From Candidatus Palauibacter sp. (lineage in GTDB: Bacteria; Gemmatimonadota; Gemmatimonadetes; Palauibacterales; Palauibacteraceae), in contig NZ_OZ253465.1 of NCBI RefSeq assembly GCF_965261555.1, positions 2,649,318 to 2,713,317 on the forward strand: a DNA stretch of 64,000 nucleotides, in the 5' to 3' direction. Position numbers and translations under genes: made by a program. The notes beneath the pieces are model-generated. The model worked only from the letters and a program-made list of their open reading frames with translations, made no database searches and had not been told where the DNA came from. Shown here one piece after another: positions 1 to 10,380 of the stretch; position 1 is the stretch's first letter; each line of letters begins with the position of its first letter.

Positions 1-155
1 GCCTCGATCTTCCTCCCGGTATCACTCTCGCCGCCGGCTACACGGGACGGTTGGGCATCTCGAGTCGAATCGCCGAAGCCGAGTCGGTGGCGGAGAACCT
101 CGCCGCGCACGCATAGAATCCTGTCACGGCTCCCGGCGTTCCCCCGGGAACGTCC

Positions 156-1178
156 TCAGCGGCTTTCTCCCGGCGGACTCCAGCGCCGCACCTCGTCGAC
201 GACGGCGGCGATCACCGCCGGATCGGAGTCCGGGTTGAGGCCGTGCCCGAGGTTGAAGATGTGGCCGGGTCTGCCGCCGGCACGCCGCAGCACGTCGCGC
301 GTCCCCGCGCGCGCCGCCTCCTCGCCCGCGAGAATGCAGGCCGGGTCGAGGTTCCCCTGGATCGCGCGCTCCGGGCCGATGATCTCCCATGCCTCGTCGA
401 GGGGCGTGCGCCAATCGACGCTGATCGCATCGCCTCCCGCCTCCGCCACCGCGGCGTGCGTGGCGCCATAGTGCACTGTGGGGACTCCCCTCTCGCGGAG
501 CCGCTCCAGCAGACGGCGCGAGTACGGGAGCACGTGTGTCCGGTAGGTGTCGGGATCGAGGATGCCGCACCAGGAATCGAACACCTGGATCGCGCCGGCG
601 CCGGCCTCGTGCTGCGCGACCGCGAACTCCGCCAGGTGCTCGGCCCAGAACCCCGCGAGCCGGTCCCAGAGTCCGGGAGACCGGAGCATGAAGGCCCGAA
701 GCTGGGCGAGCCGGCTGTCGCGCGTGCCGCGAGTGAGGTACGAGCACAGGGTGAAGGGGGCCCCCACGAAGCCGAGGATCGGGCGCTCCTCGACCGCGGC
801 GAGGAGGCGGATCGCCTCGAGCACGAAGCCGAGTCGCTCCCGGGGCTCGAAGGGACGCAGACGGTCCACATCCTTGAGGCCGCCCCAGGGGGGCAGGGGA
901 ACGGGCCCGACGCCCGCCCTCAGTTCGATCTCGATCCCGGCGGCCTCGAACGGCGTCGACAGATCCATGAATAAGACGAGCGCGTCCACATCGAAGTACT
1001 CTAGCGGGAGTCGGGTGACCTCCGCCGCCGCCTCCGGGTCGCGCACGAGGTCGAGGAACCCGCGCGCGCGCCGAAGTTCGCGATAGGCGGGGAGGGAGCG
1101 TCCCGCCTGCCGCATGAACCACACCGGGGTCCGCTCGACAGGTTCGCGCGCGAGCGCGCGCAGAAGAAGGTTGTTCAT
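156..1178 (-). CDS. hemE: Uroporphyrinogen decarboxylase
   Basis: N-terminal PVWFMRQAGRSLPAYR, GFVGAPFTL, IQVFDSW, IQGNLDP and HIFNLGHG motifs of the URO-D family. Confidence 0.95.
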   Translation of the reverse strand: MNNLLLRALAREPVERTPVWFMRQAGRSLPAYRELRRARGFLDLVRDPEAAAEVTRLPLEYFDVDALVLFMDLSTPFEAAGIEIELRAGVGPVPLPPWGGLKDVDRLRPFEPRERLGFVLEAIRLLAAVEERPILGFVGAPFTLCSYLTRGTRDSRLAQLRAFMLRSPGLWDRLAGFWAEHLAEFAVAQHEAGAGAIQVFDSWCGILDPDTYRTHVLPYSRRLLERLRERGVPTVHYGATHAAVAEAGGDAISVDWRTPLDEAWEIIGPERAIQGNLDPACILAGEEAARAGTRDVLRRAGGRPGHIFNLGHGLNPDSDPAVIAAVVDEVRRWSPPGESR

Positions 1179-1225
1179 GGCCCGCCGATGTTACCCGGTC
1201 GCGCGCCGCCCGCCAAACCGCCCGG

Positions 1226-1254
1226 TTGGACCCGTGTGCGACCTGTCGTAGCTT
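1226..1254 (+). promoter_or_regulatory. Putative sigma-70 promoter for the amidohydrolase-TlpA operon
   Basis: TTGGAC-N17-TAGCTT, about 40 nt upstream of the ATG at 1294. Confidence 0.45.
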
Positions 1255-1293
1255 GCGGCCCACGACCTCGGATCTCTCACAGAGGGAGCGATC

Positions 1294-3057
1294 ATGAAAC
1301 GCCGTGACCTTCGCATGCTCCTTGTTGCGGCCGTCCTTGGCTTCCTGCCCGTCGCGACCGTGGCCGCCCAGGAGCCCGCATTCGACATCCTGCTGCGCGG
1401 CGGACGCGTACTGGACGGCACGGGGAATCCGTGGTTCCGCGCCGATGTGGGAATCCGCGACGGACGCATCGTCCGGGTTGGGGACCTCGCCGACGCCACG
1501 GCCGGCCGCGTGATCGAACTCGACGGCCGCTACGTCGTCCCCGGATTCATCGACATTCATTCGCACGCGGACCAGGGACTCGACGAGGCGGGAGCTGCCG
1601 GTAGCGAGGGCGCGCGCCGCCGGGCCGCCCCGAACCTCGTGAGCCAGGGCGTGACGACGGTCGTGGTGAACCAGGACGGCCGGTCGCCGTGGCCGATCGC
1701 CGATCAGCGGGCACGGCTGGAGTCGCGCGGCCACGGGCCCAACGCGGCGCTCATGGTCGGGCACAACACGATCCGCGCGATGGCGCTCGGCGATGACGTC
1801 ATGCGCCCTTCAACGCCGGCCGAAGTCGAGCGGATGACGGCACTCGTGGAGCAGGGGATGGCCGAGGGCGCGTACGGCCTCAGCGCGGGGCTCGAGTACT
1901 TCCCCGGGATCTGGAGCGAGACCTCCGAACTCTTCCCCCTCGTGGAGGCGGCGGGCCGCGGGGGCGGCCTCTACATCGTGCACGAGCGCAGCTCCGGCAT
2001 GACGCCGATGTGGTTCTGGCCCAGCCAGGACGATCCGGGGCCGCCGACCATGATCGAGACGATCATCGAGGACATCGAAGTCGCGGAGCGCACGGGCGTG
2101 ACGACGGTGGCGACGCACATCAAGGCCCGCGGCTCGGATTTCTGGGGAGCGGGTCGGGCGCTCGTGGACCTGATCGAGCGGGCCCGGGCGCGCGGCGTGC
2201 CGATCTGGGCGGACCAGTACCCGTACAACACGACGGGAAGCGACGGGAACACGGTACTCCTCCCCCGCTGGATCTTCCCCGGAGGCGGATTCGGTGGTGG
2301 CCCGCGCAGCCGGGAGGCGGTCGACTACGCCTCGAGGCTCACGGAAGCGCTCGGCGATCCCCTGCGGAGCGAAGAGGTGCGGCTCGACATCGCCCACGAG
2401 ATCGGACGCCGCGGCGGGCCGGAGAACCTCGTCATCATGGACCATCCCGACGAGACGCTCGTGGGAAAGACGGTGGCGGAGCTGGCGGCGGAGTGGAACG
2501 CGTTCCCCGTGGACGTGGCGATCCGCCTGCAGCTCGAAGGGTACCGCACGCGTCCGGGCGGCGCCCGCCTGCGCGGCTTCTCCCTCTCGGAGATCGATGT
2601 CGAGGAGTTCTCGGCTCACCCGTGGCTCGTGACCGCCTCGGACGCCGGGATCGCGCTCCCGGACGATGGACCCGTGCACGCCCGCTTCTACGGCACGTTT
2701 CCGCGAAAGATCAAAAGGTATGCAATGGACCTGGGCGTACTGTCGGTGGAGAGCGCGGTCCGCTCGATGACGACGCTGCCGGCCCAGCTGCTCGGCCTCC
2801 GTGACCGCGGTCTCATACGGGAGGGGCTCGTTGCGGACATCGCGGTGCTCGACCTCGACGAACTCCAGGACCACGCGACCTTCTTCGAGCCGCACCGGTA
2901 TCCGTCGGGCGTCGATTTCGTGCTCGTGGCCGGCACCTTCGTCGTCGACGAGGGCGAACTGACATGGGCGCTGCCCGGCGTTGTCCTGACGCCGGGTGCT
3001 GGCAGGGAATCGAACGCCGGCGGGGAATCGAACGCCGATGAGGCGGCGGGATGCTGA
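1294..3057 (+). CDS. Exported N-acyl-D-amino-acid deacylase-like amidohydrolase
   Basis: Signal peptide (VAAQE), DILLRGGRVLDGTG, PGFIDIHSH, QGVTTV, HARFYGTFPR, RGLIREGLVADI; SD GAGGGAG. Confidence 0.85.
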   Translation: MKRRDLRMLLVAAVLGFLPVATVAAQEPAFDILLRGGRVLDGTGNPWFRADVGIRDGRIVRVGDLADATAGRVIELDGRYVVPGFIDIHSHADQGLDEAGAAGSEGARRRAAPNLVSQGVTTVVVNQDGRSPWPIADQRARLESRGHGPNAALMVGHNTIRAMALGDDVMRPSTPAEVERMTALVEQGMAEGAYGLSAGLEYFPGIWSETSELFPLVEAAGRGGGLYIVHERSSGMTPMWFWPSQDDPGPPTMIETIIEDIEVAERTGVTTVATHIKARGSDFWGAGRALVDLIERARARGVPIWADQYPYNTTGSDGNTVLLPRWIFPGGGFGGGPRSREAVDYASRLTEALGDPLRSEEVRLDIAHEIGRRGGPENLVIMDHPDETLVGKTVAELAAEWNAFPVDVAIRLQLEGYRTRPGGARLRGFSLSEIDVEEFSAHPWLVTASDAGIALPDDGPVHARFYGTFPRKIKRYAMDLGVLSVESAVRSMTTLPAQLLGLRDRGLIREGLVADIAVLDLDELQDHATFFEPHRYPSGVDFVLVAGTFVVDEGELTWALPGVVLTPGAGRESNAGGESNADEAAGC

Positions 3058-3599
3058 CCGGGCGGGGCGCAGTCGCCCTCCTCGCGCTGGCCGGCTACGG
3101 GTGCGGCCCGGGCGGCGACGCGGCGGACGGAGGAGCGGCGGATGGCGGCGCTGCGGTGAGCTACACGGACGCGGTGCCCTCGGGCGCGAAACCGGCGCCC
3201 GAGGACGTCTTCCGCACCCTGGAGGGCGGCGAGGCGAGCTTCCCCGACCTGCGAGGCAACGTCGTGGTCGCGAACCTCTGGGGCACGTGGTGCCTCCCGT
3301 GCCGCGACGAGCTTCCGGAACTCGTGGAACTGGCCCGCATCTACGACGGCCGTCCCGTCGTCATGCTCGGACTCGCCGTCGATTCCGGCGACGTCGACGA
3401 GATCCGCGCCTTCCTCGAGGAGTTCGGCGTCGAATACCCGAACTGGATGATGGGGATGGATGACGCGGTCGGGACTTTCGGTGCCGTGGGCTTCCCGACC
3501 ACGGTGATCGTGGACCAGGAGGGATGGATCCGGAAGGAACTCCTCGGTCCCCAGACCGCCGCATCCCTCACGGCGGAGATCGAAGCCCTCCTCCGCTAG
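3051..3599 (+). CDS. TlpA-family thiol-disulfide oxidoreductase lipoprotein
   Basis: Lipobox-like LAGYGC, VVANLWGTWCLPCRDELP (CxxC), GFPTT cis-Pro loop; overlaps the upstream stop. Confidence 0.9.
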   Translation: MLTGRGAVALLALAGYGCGPGGDAADGGAADGGAAVSYTDAVPSGAKPAPEDVFRTLEGGEASFPDLRGNVVVANLWGTWCLPCRDELPELVELARIYDGRPVVMLGLAVDSGDVDEIRAFLEEFGVEYPNWMMGMDDAVGTFGAVGFPTTVIVDQEGWIRKELLGPQTAASLTAEIEALLR

Positions 3600-5362
3600 G
3601 CGAGTTGCTGGCCCTCGTAGAGGCGGGCGTAGAGTTCGCAGCGATCGATCAGCGCGTCGTGCGGGCCGCTGTCGACGAGGCGTCCCCGATCCAGGACGAA
3701 GAGCCGGTCGGCGCGCCGCACCGTGCGCAGGCGATGGGAGATGATAACGGTCGTCCGTCCGGCGGAAGCAAGCTGCAGCGCCTCCTCGACCAGCGCCTCG
3801 CTCTCGGCGTCGAGGCCGCTCGTCGCCTCGTCCAGGATGAGGATTTCGGGTCCCTTGAGGAGGACGCGGGCGATCGCGATCCGCTGACGCTGCCCGCCGG
3901 AGAGCCGGACGCCGCGCTCGCCGACCCGCGTGTCGTAGCCGTCCGGCAGCCGCTCGATGAACTCGCGCGCGTGCGCCGCCTCCGCCGCCGCCTCGATCGC
4001 CGGGCGGTCCGCGTCCGGCCGCCCGTACGCGATGTTCTCCCCGATCGTGCCCGCGAAGAGCGGATGGTCCTGCGGCACGATGCCGATCCGCGATCTCAGC
4101 TCCGCGACGCCGCAGGCCCGGACGTCGGTCCCGCGCACGCGCAACCTTCCCTCGGTCACGTCCCAGAAGCGGGGGATGAGTGACGCGAAGGTCGTTTTCC
4201 CGGCGCCGCTCGGGCCCACGAGCGCGACGACTTCTCCGGGCGCGATCGTCGCCCCGATCCCCTCCAGCGCCCACGGTTCGTCCTCCCCGTAGCGGAACGA
4301 GACGCCATCGAAGGCGATCTCCGGCGGTCCTTCTCCCGTAATCGATTCCGGGGCTTCCGGGTCCACGATGTCGCTCTCGCGGTCGAGAAGATCGAAGACT
4401 CGCCGCGCGGCGCCCTGCGCCTCCTGGTACGACCCCCACAGCGACGCGAGCGCCATGATCGCCGCCGCGACGGAAAAGGCGTAGAGGAGGAACGACACCA
4501 GCTGTCCCGCCGTGATCTGCGCCTCCATCACGAGCCGTCCGCCCTGCCAGAGGACGACGACGATGCCGCCGAAGGCGACGACCGTGAGGATGCCGAAGAG
4601 CAGCGCGCGCACCACGGCCCGCGAGAGCGCCGCCTCGAGGGCCGTGCCGATCCCGGCGCGGTAACGCTCCCGCTCCCATTCCTCGCGCCCGAACCCCTGC
4701 ACGACCTCGATCTGGCCGAAGGCCTCGTCCGCGACCGCGTGCGCCGCGGCGAGACGGTCCTGCACCTCGGTGCTCCGGCGCCGCAGCAGGCGGCCGAGCG
4801 CGAAGCCGGCGAGTACGACCACGGGGGCGACCGTCAGCGTCGTCAGCATCAGCTGCCAGTGAAGGAGCGTGAGGAGGATCGCGGCGCCGACGAGAAAGAG
4901 CACCTGCCGCACGAGTTCGGCGATCTGGTGCCCCATGATCTGCTGCAGCGTCGAGCAGTCCGAGGCGAGCCGCGAGGTGAGTTCACCGCTCGTTCGGCCC
5001 GCGTGGAAGCCGGGGGAGAGCGCGACGAGCTTGGAGAAGAGTTCGTCGCGCAACTGCGTCACGACCCGCTCGCCCGTCGCCCCCAGCCAGTACGTCTCGC
5101 CGAAGTTGAACACGCCCTGGAGCGCGAAGAGTCCGAGCAGCCCGAGCGCGATCGTGCCGAGGAGCGCGGCGTCCCCGTTGCCGAAGGCAGCGTCCATCAG
5201 GTAGCGGACGATGAGAGGGAAGGCGAGCCCGATCGCCGTGCTCAGGAGGAGGCAGACCCCGGCGCCGACGAGAGCCGGCCGGTGGGCCCGCAGCCGGGGG
5301 GCCAACCGCTTCACGGCGAACAGCGAAATCCGTGATCTGCCGCGTCGTCCGGAGTCCGACAT
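3596..5362 (-). CDS. MsbA-like ABC exporter (fused TMD and NBD)
   Basis: About 6 TM segments, Walker A GPSGAGKT, LSGGQRQR, ILILDEAT. ATG 5362 chosen because GGAGAGG precedes it. Confidence 0.9.
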   Translation of the reverse strand: MSDSGRRGRSRISLFAVKRLAPRLRAHRPALVGAGVCLLLSTAIGLAFPLIVRYLMDAAFGNGDAALLGTIALGLLGLFALQGVFNFGETYWLGATGERVVTQLRDELFSKLVALSPGFHAGRTSGELTSRLASDCSTLQQIMGHQIAELVRQVLFLVGAAILLTLLHWQLMLTTLTVAPVVVLAGFALGRLLRRRSTEVQDRLAAAHAVADEAFGQIEVVQGFGREEWERERYRAGIGTALEAALSRAVVRALLFGILTVVAFGGIVVVLWQGGRLVMEAQITAGQLVSFLLYAFSVAAAIMALASLWGSYQEAQGAARRVFDLLDRESDIVDPEAPESITGEGPPEIAFDGVSFRYGEDEPWALEGIGATIAPGEVVALVGPSGAGKTTFASLIPRFWDVTEGRLRVRGTDVRACGVAELRSRIGIVPQDHPLFAGTIGENIAYGRPDADRPAIEAAAEAAHAREFIERLPDGYDTRVGERGVRLSGGQRQRIAIARVLLKGPEILILDEATSGLDAESEALVEEALQLASAGRTTVIISHRLRTVRRADRLFVLDRGRLVDSGPHDALIDRCELYARLYEGQQLA

Positions 5363-5474
5363 CGCGCTTGGCCTCTCCACCGTCCCCGTCTATCTTCCGC
5401 GCCCCGGCGACTCCGGGAGGGACCGAAGTTCGCACGGGTTACGAAACCGGCGCAAACGCACCCCGGAACCCCTC

Positions 5475-6575
5475 ATGCCATCGCCTTCCCTTCAGAGCAT
5501 GCCCCGACGCCACGCCCGGATCATCGCGGCCTGGCTCCTGGTCGGCTGCGCTCTCGTCGCGGCGACGCTCGTCGTGGGAGGCGTGACGCGCCTGACCGGA
5601 TCGGGCCTGTCAATGGTCGACTGGGAGCCGGTGAGCGGCGTCGTTCCTCCGATGAGCGCCGAGGCGTGGGAGCGCGAGTTCGCCGCCTATCGCGACTCTC
5701 CGGAGTACCGGCTCGTGAACCGCGGGATGTCGCTGGCCGAGTTCAAGCGCATCTTCTGGTTCGAGTACGCGCACCGGCTTCTCGGGCGCGTGATCGGACT
5801 CGTCTTCATCATCCCCTTCGCGGCCTTCCTCCTCCGCCGGATGATCCCGCCGTCTCTCGTCCCGCGCCTCCTGCTCCTTCTCGCGCTGGGAGGCGCCCAG
5901 GGGCTGCTCGGCTGGTGGATGGTACAGAGCGGGCTCGTCGACATCCCCCGCGTGAGTCCCTACCGCCTGACCGCGCATCTCTCGCTTGCGGTGCTCGTCT
6001 ACGCCCTCACGCTCTGGACGGCGCTCTCGCTGCTGCGCCCCGCGGCGGACGACGGGGACCCAGGGGCCACAGGGGGCGCCGGCCTCCCCCGCGGCTCCGC
6101 CGGCCTCCCCCGCGGCTCTGCGGTGATCCTCGGTCTCGCCGCGCTCACGCTGCTCTCGGGCGGCTTCGTGGCCGGATTGGACGCGGGGCTCGTCTACAAC
6201 ACGTTCCCGAGGATGGGGGACGGCTGGATCCCCCCGGACCTCTTCGGGGCGTCCCCCTGGTGGCTGAGCCCCTTCGAGGACCGTACGACGGCGCAGTTCA
6301 ACCACCGCATCCTCGCCCTGCTCCTGCTCGCGGGCGTGACGGCCCTGTGGTGGACCTGCGCGCGGCGCGCCCCGGCCCCGGCGAGGACGTGGGCGCACGC
6401 GGGCTTCGCGACGGCGTGGGCGCAGGCGGTGTTGGGGGTCGCGACGCTGCTCCTCTTCGTCCCCATCCCCCTCGCCGCGTTGCACCAGGCGAACGCGCTC
6501 GTCCTCTTCACCGCGCTCCTGGGCCTGACCTTCGAACTCCGCCGCCGGGAACTCCCCCGCGGCCTGCCGAGTTGA
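5475..6575 (+). CDS. ctaA: Heme A synthase (COX15/CtaA, type 2)
   Basis: GGVTRLTGSGLSMVDW, FWFEYAHRLLGR, QGLLGWWMVQSGL, YRLTAHL, QFNHR, ALHQ. Start is 5475 or 5499. Confidence 0.9.
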   Translation: MPSPSLQSMPRRHARIIAAWLLVGCALVAATLVVGGVTRLTGSGLSMVDWEPVSGVVPPMSAEAWEREFAAYRDSPEYRLVNRGMSLAEFKRIFWFEYAHRLLGRVIGLVFIIPFAAFLLRRMIPPSLVPRLLLLLALGGAQGLLGWWMVQSGLVDIPRVSPYRLTAHLSLAVLVYALTLWTALSLLRPAADDGDPGATGGAGLPRGSAGLPRGSAVILGLAALTLLSGGFVAGLDAGLVYNTFPRMGDGWIPPDLFGASPWWLSPFEDRTTAQFNHRILALLLLAGVTALWWTCARRAPAPARTWAHAGFATAWAQAVLGVATLLLFVPIPLAALHQANALVLFTALLGLTFELRRRELPRGLPS

Positions 6576-6599
6576 GGGCGGCAGGCGGCGAATGGTTCG

Positions 6600-7889
6600 C
6601 TAAACGGCCTCCAGGAGCGCCACGTGGCCGAGGCCGCCCGCGGCGCACACGCTGACGATCGCCCGCGTCCCGGCCGGCCGTTCCGCGAGTTCGAGCACCG
6701 TCTGGGAGAGGATGCGCGCCCCGGTGGCGCCGAACGGGTGTCCGAGCGCGACGCTCCCGCCGTTGGGGTTGATCCGGTCGCGCGGAAACGCGCCGAGGCC
6801 GTCCTTCACGGAGGAACGGGCGGCGAGCCACCTCGAGTCCTCGAGGGCCGCGACCGTGCACAGGACCTGCGCCGCGAACGCCTCGTGGAACTCCCACAGC
6901 CCGATGTCCTCGAGCGTGAGTCCGTGGCGATGCAGCAGTTCGGCAATCGCGATGGCCGGGGCGATGAGGAGCCCCTCGCGGTCCGGATCGATGGCGGCCT
7001 GCCGCCAGTCGAGGAGGCGCGCCCGCGGCAGGGAGTCGGGAAGCGAGGAGAGTCCCGCCTCGGACGCGACCCAGCACGCCGCGGCTCCGTCCGTCAGCGG
7101 CGTGGAGTTGCCCGCCGTGAGCGTTCCCACGGAGCCGGAGAAGGCGGGGCGAAGGCCGGCGAGCTTCTCCATCGACGTCCCGGCGCGCGGGAGGGTGTCG
7201 CGATCGACGGGGAAGGTGCCGGGCGTGACGAGGAGCCGCCGGAAGAACGCGCCCTCATCCCGGGTGGCGCCCTCGTGACTCGCGAGCGCGAATCGGTCCT
7301 GGGCCTCGCGCGAGGTGTCCCATTCGCGGGCCATCTCCTCGGCGTGCCCTCCCATCGTCTTCCCCGTCGTCCGCTCCTTCACCGCCGGCACCGAGATCCG
7401 GAGGTCGCGGGGGCGAATCCCCGCCAGCGTCCGCACCATGCGCGGCGGGCTGCCCGCGCTCCCCGCGCGCCGGATCGTCCGGCTGAGTCCCGGCGAGAGT
7501 CCGATCTGCGTGTGACTCGTCGATTCCACGCCGCCGCAGAGGACGAGGTCCGCCCGTCCCGCGGCCACCTGACCCGCGCCGTGGGTCGCGGCGGCGATGG
7601 AGGTGGCGCACGCCTGGACGATGCCCTGGGCCGGGACGCGCGCCTCGAGACCCGCGTCGAACCACACCTCGCGGCCCCAGTTGCTCACCGTGAGCGAGGG
7701 GATGACCGCGCCCCACAGGAAGAGATCGATCCGCCCCGCGTTCTCGCGGCCCGGACCCCCGTCTCCCGCCACCGTCTGCTGGATGACCGGGGCGGACAGC
7801 GCCAGACCGTCGAGGCGCGAAAGTTCGCGATCGATCTTCGCAAACGGACTGCGGAGGCCGGGGAGGACGAAGGCGGATCCGGGGCTCAT
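6600..7889 (-). CDS. Acetyl-CoA C-acyltransferase (FadI-like thiolase)
   Basis: QACATS catalytic Cys, TAGNSTPLTDGAA, HEAFAAQ, GGSVALGHPFGATG, VSVCAAGG. Confidence 0.9.
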   Translation of the reverse strand: MSPGSAFVLPGLRSPFAKIDRELSRLDGLALSAPVIQQTVAGDGGPGRENAGRIDLFLWGAVIPSLTVSNWGREVWFDAGLEARVPAQGIVQACATSIAAATHGAGQVAAGRADLVLCGGVESTSHTQIGLSPGLSRTIRRAGSAGSPPRMVRTLAGIRPRDLRISVPAVKERTTGKTMGGHAEEMAREWDTSREAQDRFALASHEGATRDEGAFFRRLLVTPGTFPVDRDTLPRAGTSMEKLAGLRPAFSGSVGTLTAGNSTPLTDGAAACWVASEAGLSSLPDSLPRARLLDWRQAAIDPDREGLLIAPAIAIAELLHRHGLTLEDIGLWEFHEAFAAQVLCTVAALEDSRWLAARSSVKDGLGAFPRDRINPNGGSVALGHPFGATGARILSQTVLELAERPAGTRAIVSVCAAGGLGHVALLEAV

Positions 7890-7990
7890 GCGTGGCATCC
7901 TATCGGCCGTCCATCCAAGATGGAACAATCCCGGCCCGGATGCGCGGGCGCGCGGAGTTCGACCGGTTCCCCGACGGAAGAGGAGCGTTC

Positions 7991-9466
7991 ATGACGGTCC
8001 GGGTGAGGTTTGCCCCCAGCCCCACCGGTTTCCTGCACGTGGGCGGCGCGCGCACGGCGCTGTTCAACTGGCTGTATGCTCGCCGCGCCGGCGGGACGTT
8101 TCTCCTGCGCGTGGAGGATACGGATCGGGCGCGTTCCCGCCCCGAACACACGCAGGCCATCCTGGACGGACTCGCATGGCTGGGTCTGGATGCGGACGAA
8201 GGTCCCGTGTTTCAGGCGGACGGCGTCGAACGCCACCGGCGCGATGCCCTGAAGCTGCTCGATCAGGGCGCCGCCTACCGGTGTTTCTGCACTGCGGAGG
8301 AACTCGCCGCGCGGCGCGAGGAGGCGAAGCGGGCCGGGGCGGGGTACGGGTACGACGGCCGCTGCGGGCGGCTGGACGCCGCCGTCTCGGACGCGCGGGC
8401 CGCTGCGGGGGAGCCGTTCGCCGTCCGGGTTCGCGCGCCGGAGGAGGCGATCGAGTGGGAGGACATGATCCACGGGACGATGTCGTTTCCGGCCGGGTCG
8501 ATCGACGACTTCATCATCCTCCGTTCCGACGGGACGCCCGTCTACAATCTCGCCGTCGTCTCCGATGACGCCGAGGCGGGGATGAACCACGTGATCCGCG
8601 GCGATGACCATCTCTCGAACACGCCGAAGCAGATCCTCCTCTATCGCGCCCTCGGCCGGCCGCTCCCCGCCTTCGGACACGTGCCCCTGATCCTCGGTTC
8701 GGACGGCAAGCGACTCTCCAAGCGCCACGGCGCGATGTCCGTCCTCGCCTATCGCGACGAGGGCTACCTGCCCGCCGGGATGGTGAACTTCCTCGCGCTC
8801 CTCGGCTGGTCTCCGGGAGACGACCGGGAGGTGTTCGACGTCGGAGGCCTGATCGAGGCGTTTTCGATCGGCCGCGTGCTGAAGAAGAGCGCGGTGTTCG
8901 ACCTCGAAAAGCTCGGCTGGCTGAACGGACGCCACATCGCCGACGCTCCGGCGGTCGAGCTGGCCGGCGCCGTCGTCGAGATTCTCGGCCGGGAAGCGCG
9001 GGAGGAGGGGCGGGACCTTTCCGAGACCCACCCCGGACTCGATTCCTCACCGGAGCGCCTGGCGCGAATCATCGATCTCGTGAAGGGACGCCCCCGGACG
9101 CTCTCCGCGCTCGCGCGGCAGGTCTCTCCCTTCTTCGCTGCGACCATCCGCTACGACGAAGATGCGGTGAAGCGTTTCTGGAAGCGGCCGGAGGAGGCGG
9201 CTTTCCACCTCCGGCGTCTCGCGGAGCGTCTTGCCGGGGAGGCCGCGTTCCGCGACGTGCAGACGCTGGAATCCGAAGTGCGGGGGCTCGCGGCGGAACT
9301 CGAGGTGGGCGCGGGGCGGGTCATCAATCCCCTCCGCGTCGCGCTCATGGGCCAGGGTGTGAGTCCCGGCATCTTCGAAGTGCTCGAAGCGATGGGACGG
9401 GAGCGGACCCTGGCCCGGGTTCTCGCCGCGGCCCGTGCCCTCGACGCCTGGATAGCCACGGCGTGA
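7991..9466 (+). CDS. gltX: Glutamate--tRNA ligase
   Basis: RVRFAPSPTGFLHVGG, RVEDTD, HVIRGDDH, KRLSKR; SD AGGAG before ATG 7991. Confidence 0.96.
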   Translation: MTVRVRFAPSPTGFLHVGGARTALFNWLYARRAGGTFLLRVEDTDRARSRPEHTQAILDGLAWLGLDADEGPVFQADGVERHRRDALKLLDQGAAYRCFCTAEELAARREEAKRAGAGYGYDGRCGRLDAAVSDARAAAGEPFAVRVRAPEEAIEWEDMIHGTMSFPAGSIDDFIILRSDGTPVYNLAVVSDDAEAGMNHVIRGDDHLSNTPKQILLYRALGRPLPAFGHVPLILGSDGKRLSKRHGAMSVLAYRDEGYLPAGMVNFLALLGWSPGDDREVFDVGGLIEAFSIGRVLKKSAVFDLEKLGWLNGRHIADAPAVELAGAVVEILGREAREEGRDLSETHPGLDSSPERLARIIDLVKGRPRTLSALARQVSPFFAATIRYDEDAVKRFWKRPEEAAFHLRRLAERLAGEAAFRDVQTLESEVRGLAAELEVGAGRVINPLRVALMGQGVSPGIFEVLEAMGRERTLARVLAAARALDAWIATA

Positions 9467-9930
9467 ACCGGACGTGGCCGGCGGAGCACGAGGCGCCGAT
9501 GCGGCGGGCGCTCGAACTCGCGGCCCTCGGCGGAGAGAGGGGGGAGGTGCCCGTCGCCGCGCTCGTCCTCGATTCGAAGGGCGAGATCGTGGCGGAGGCG
9601 CACAACCGGACGCGCGCCGACTCCGACCCTACGGCGCACGCGGAGGTCCTGGCGTTGCGCGCCGCCGCCGCCCGCCTCGGCGACTGGCGACTGGAGGGAC
9701 ACACCCTGTACGCCACCCTCGAACCGTGCGCGATGTGTGCCGGCGCCGCGGTCCTGGCGCGCGTCCATACCGTCGTGTTCGGAGCCGCGGATCCGAAGGC
9801 GGGGATGTGTGGCTCGATCGAAAACCTGGTCTGCGACCCGCGGCTGAACCATCGAGTGGAACTCGTGTCCGGCGTGCTCGCCGAGGAATCCGCGAGTCTC
9901 CTGCGGGACTTCTTCCGCCAGCGGCGCTAG
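9463..9930 (+). CDS. tadA: tRNA adenosine(34) deaminase
   Basis: GEVPV, DPTAHAE, TLEPCAMCAGA, FF..RR C-terminus. Confidence 0.92.
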   Translation: MNRTWPAEHEAPMRRALELAALGGERGEVPVAALVLDSKGEIVAEAHNRTRADSDPTAHAEVLALRAAAARLGDWRLEGHTLYATLEPCAMCAGAAVLARVHTVVFGAADPKAGMCGSIENLVCDPRLNHRVELVSGVLAEESASLLRDFFRQRR

Positions 9931-9967
9931 CCAGACCTCAGGGCGGCCGGGCGGCTCGGAAGGCCGG

Positions 9968-10336
9968 TCACACGCACTCCTCGCAGCGGCCGAAGAGAAC
10001 CAGTTCGTGGCTCTCGACCTCGAAGCGCTCGGGCGCCAGCTCTTCGATTTCATCCGGACACAGGTCCACGTCGAACGCCTGATCGCACGTGCGGCAGAGG
10101 AAGTGGTGGTGATGGGGCCCCCCGGCCAACTCGTACCGAAGCCCACCGCCCGGAAGCTTGACCTCCGACAACCACCCCTCGGCGACGAGGGCCTTCACGT
10201 TCCGATAGACGGTCGCGATCCCGAGCGACGGCACGATCCGCCGGCCGTGCTCGAGGATCTCATCCGGGGTGAGGGGACGCTCGACACTCATGAACACATC
10301 CCGAATCGCCCTGCGCTGACGGGTGTCTCGTTGCAT
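9968..10336 (-). CDS. Fur-family metal-responsive transcriptional repressor
   Basis: TRQRRAI, GIATVYRN, RYE, HHHHFLCRTC, C-terminal GRCEEC. Confidence 0.9.
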   Translation of the reverse strand: MQRDTRQRRAIRDVFMSVERPLTPDEILEHGRRIVPSLGIATVYRNVKALVAEGWLSEVKLPGGGLRYELAGGPHHHHFLCRTCDQAFDVDLCPDEIEELAPERFEVESHELVLFGRCEECV

Positions 10337-10380
10337 TGGTAGCCTACCCGGACCGAAGGGGGCGGAGGGGGCGGTCGGCG

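Noticed and set aside
1-118. 3' end of an upstream + strand gene ending near 116
   Set aside because: Too short to assign a product.
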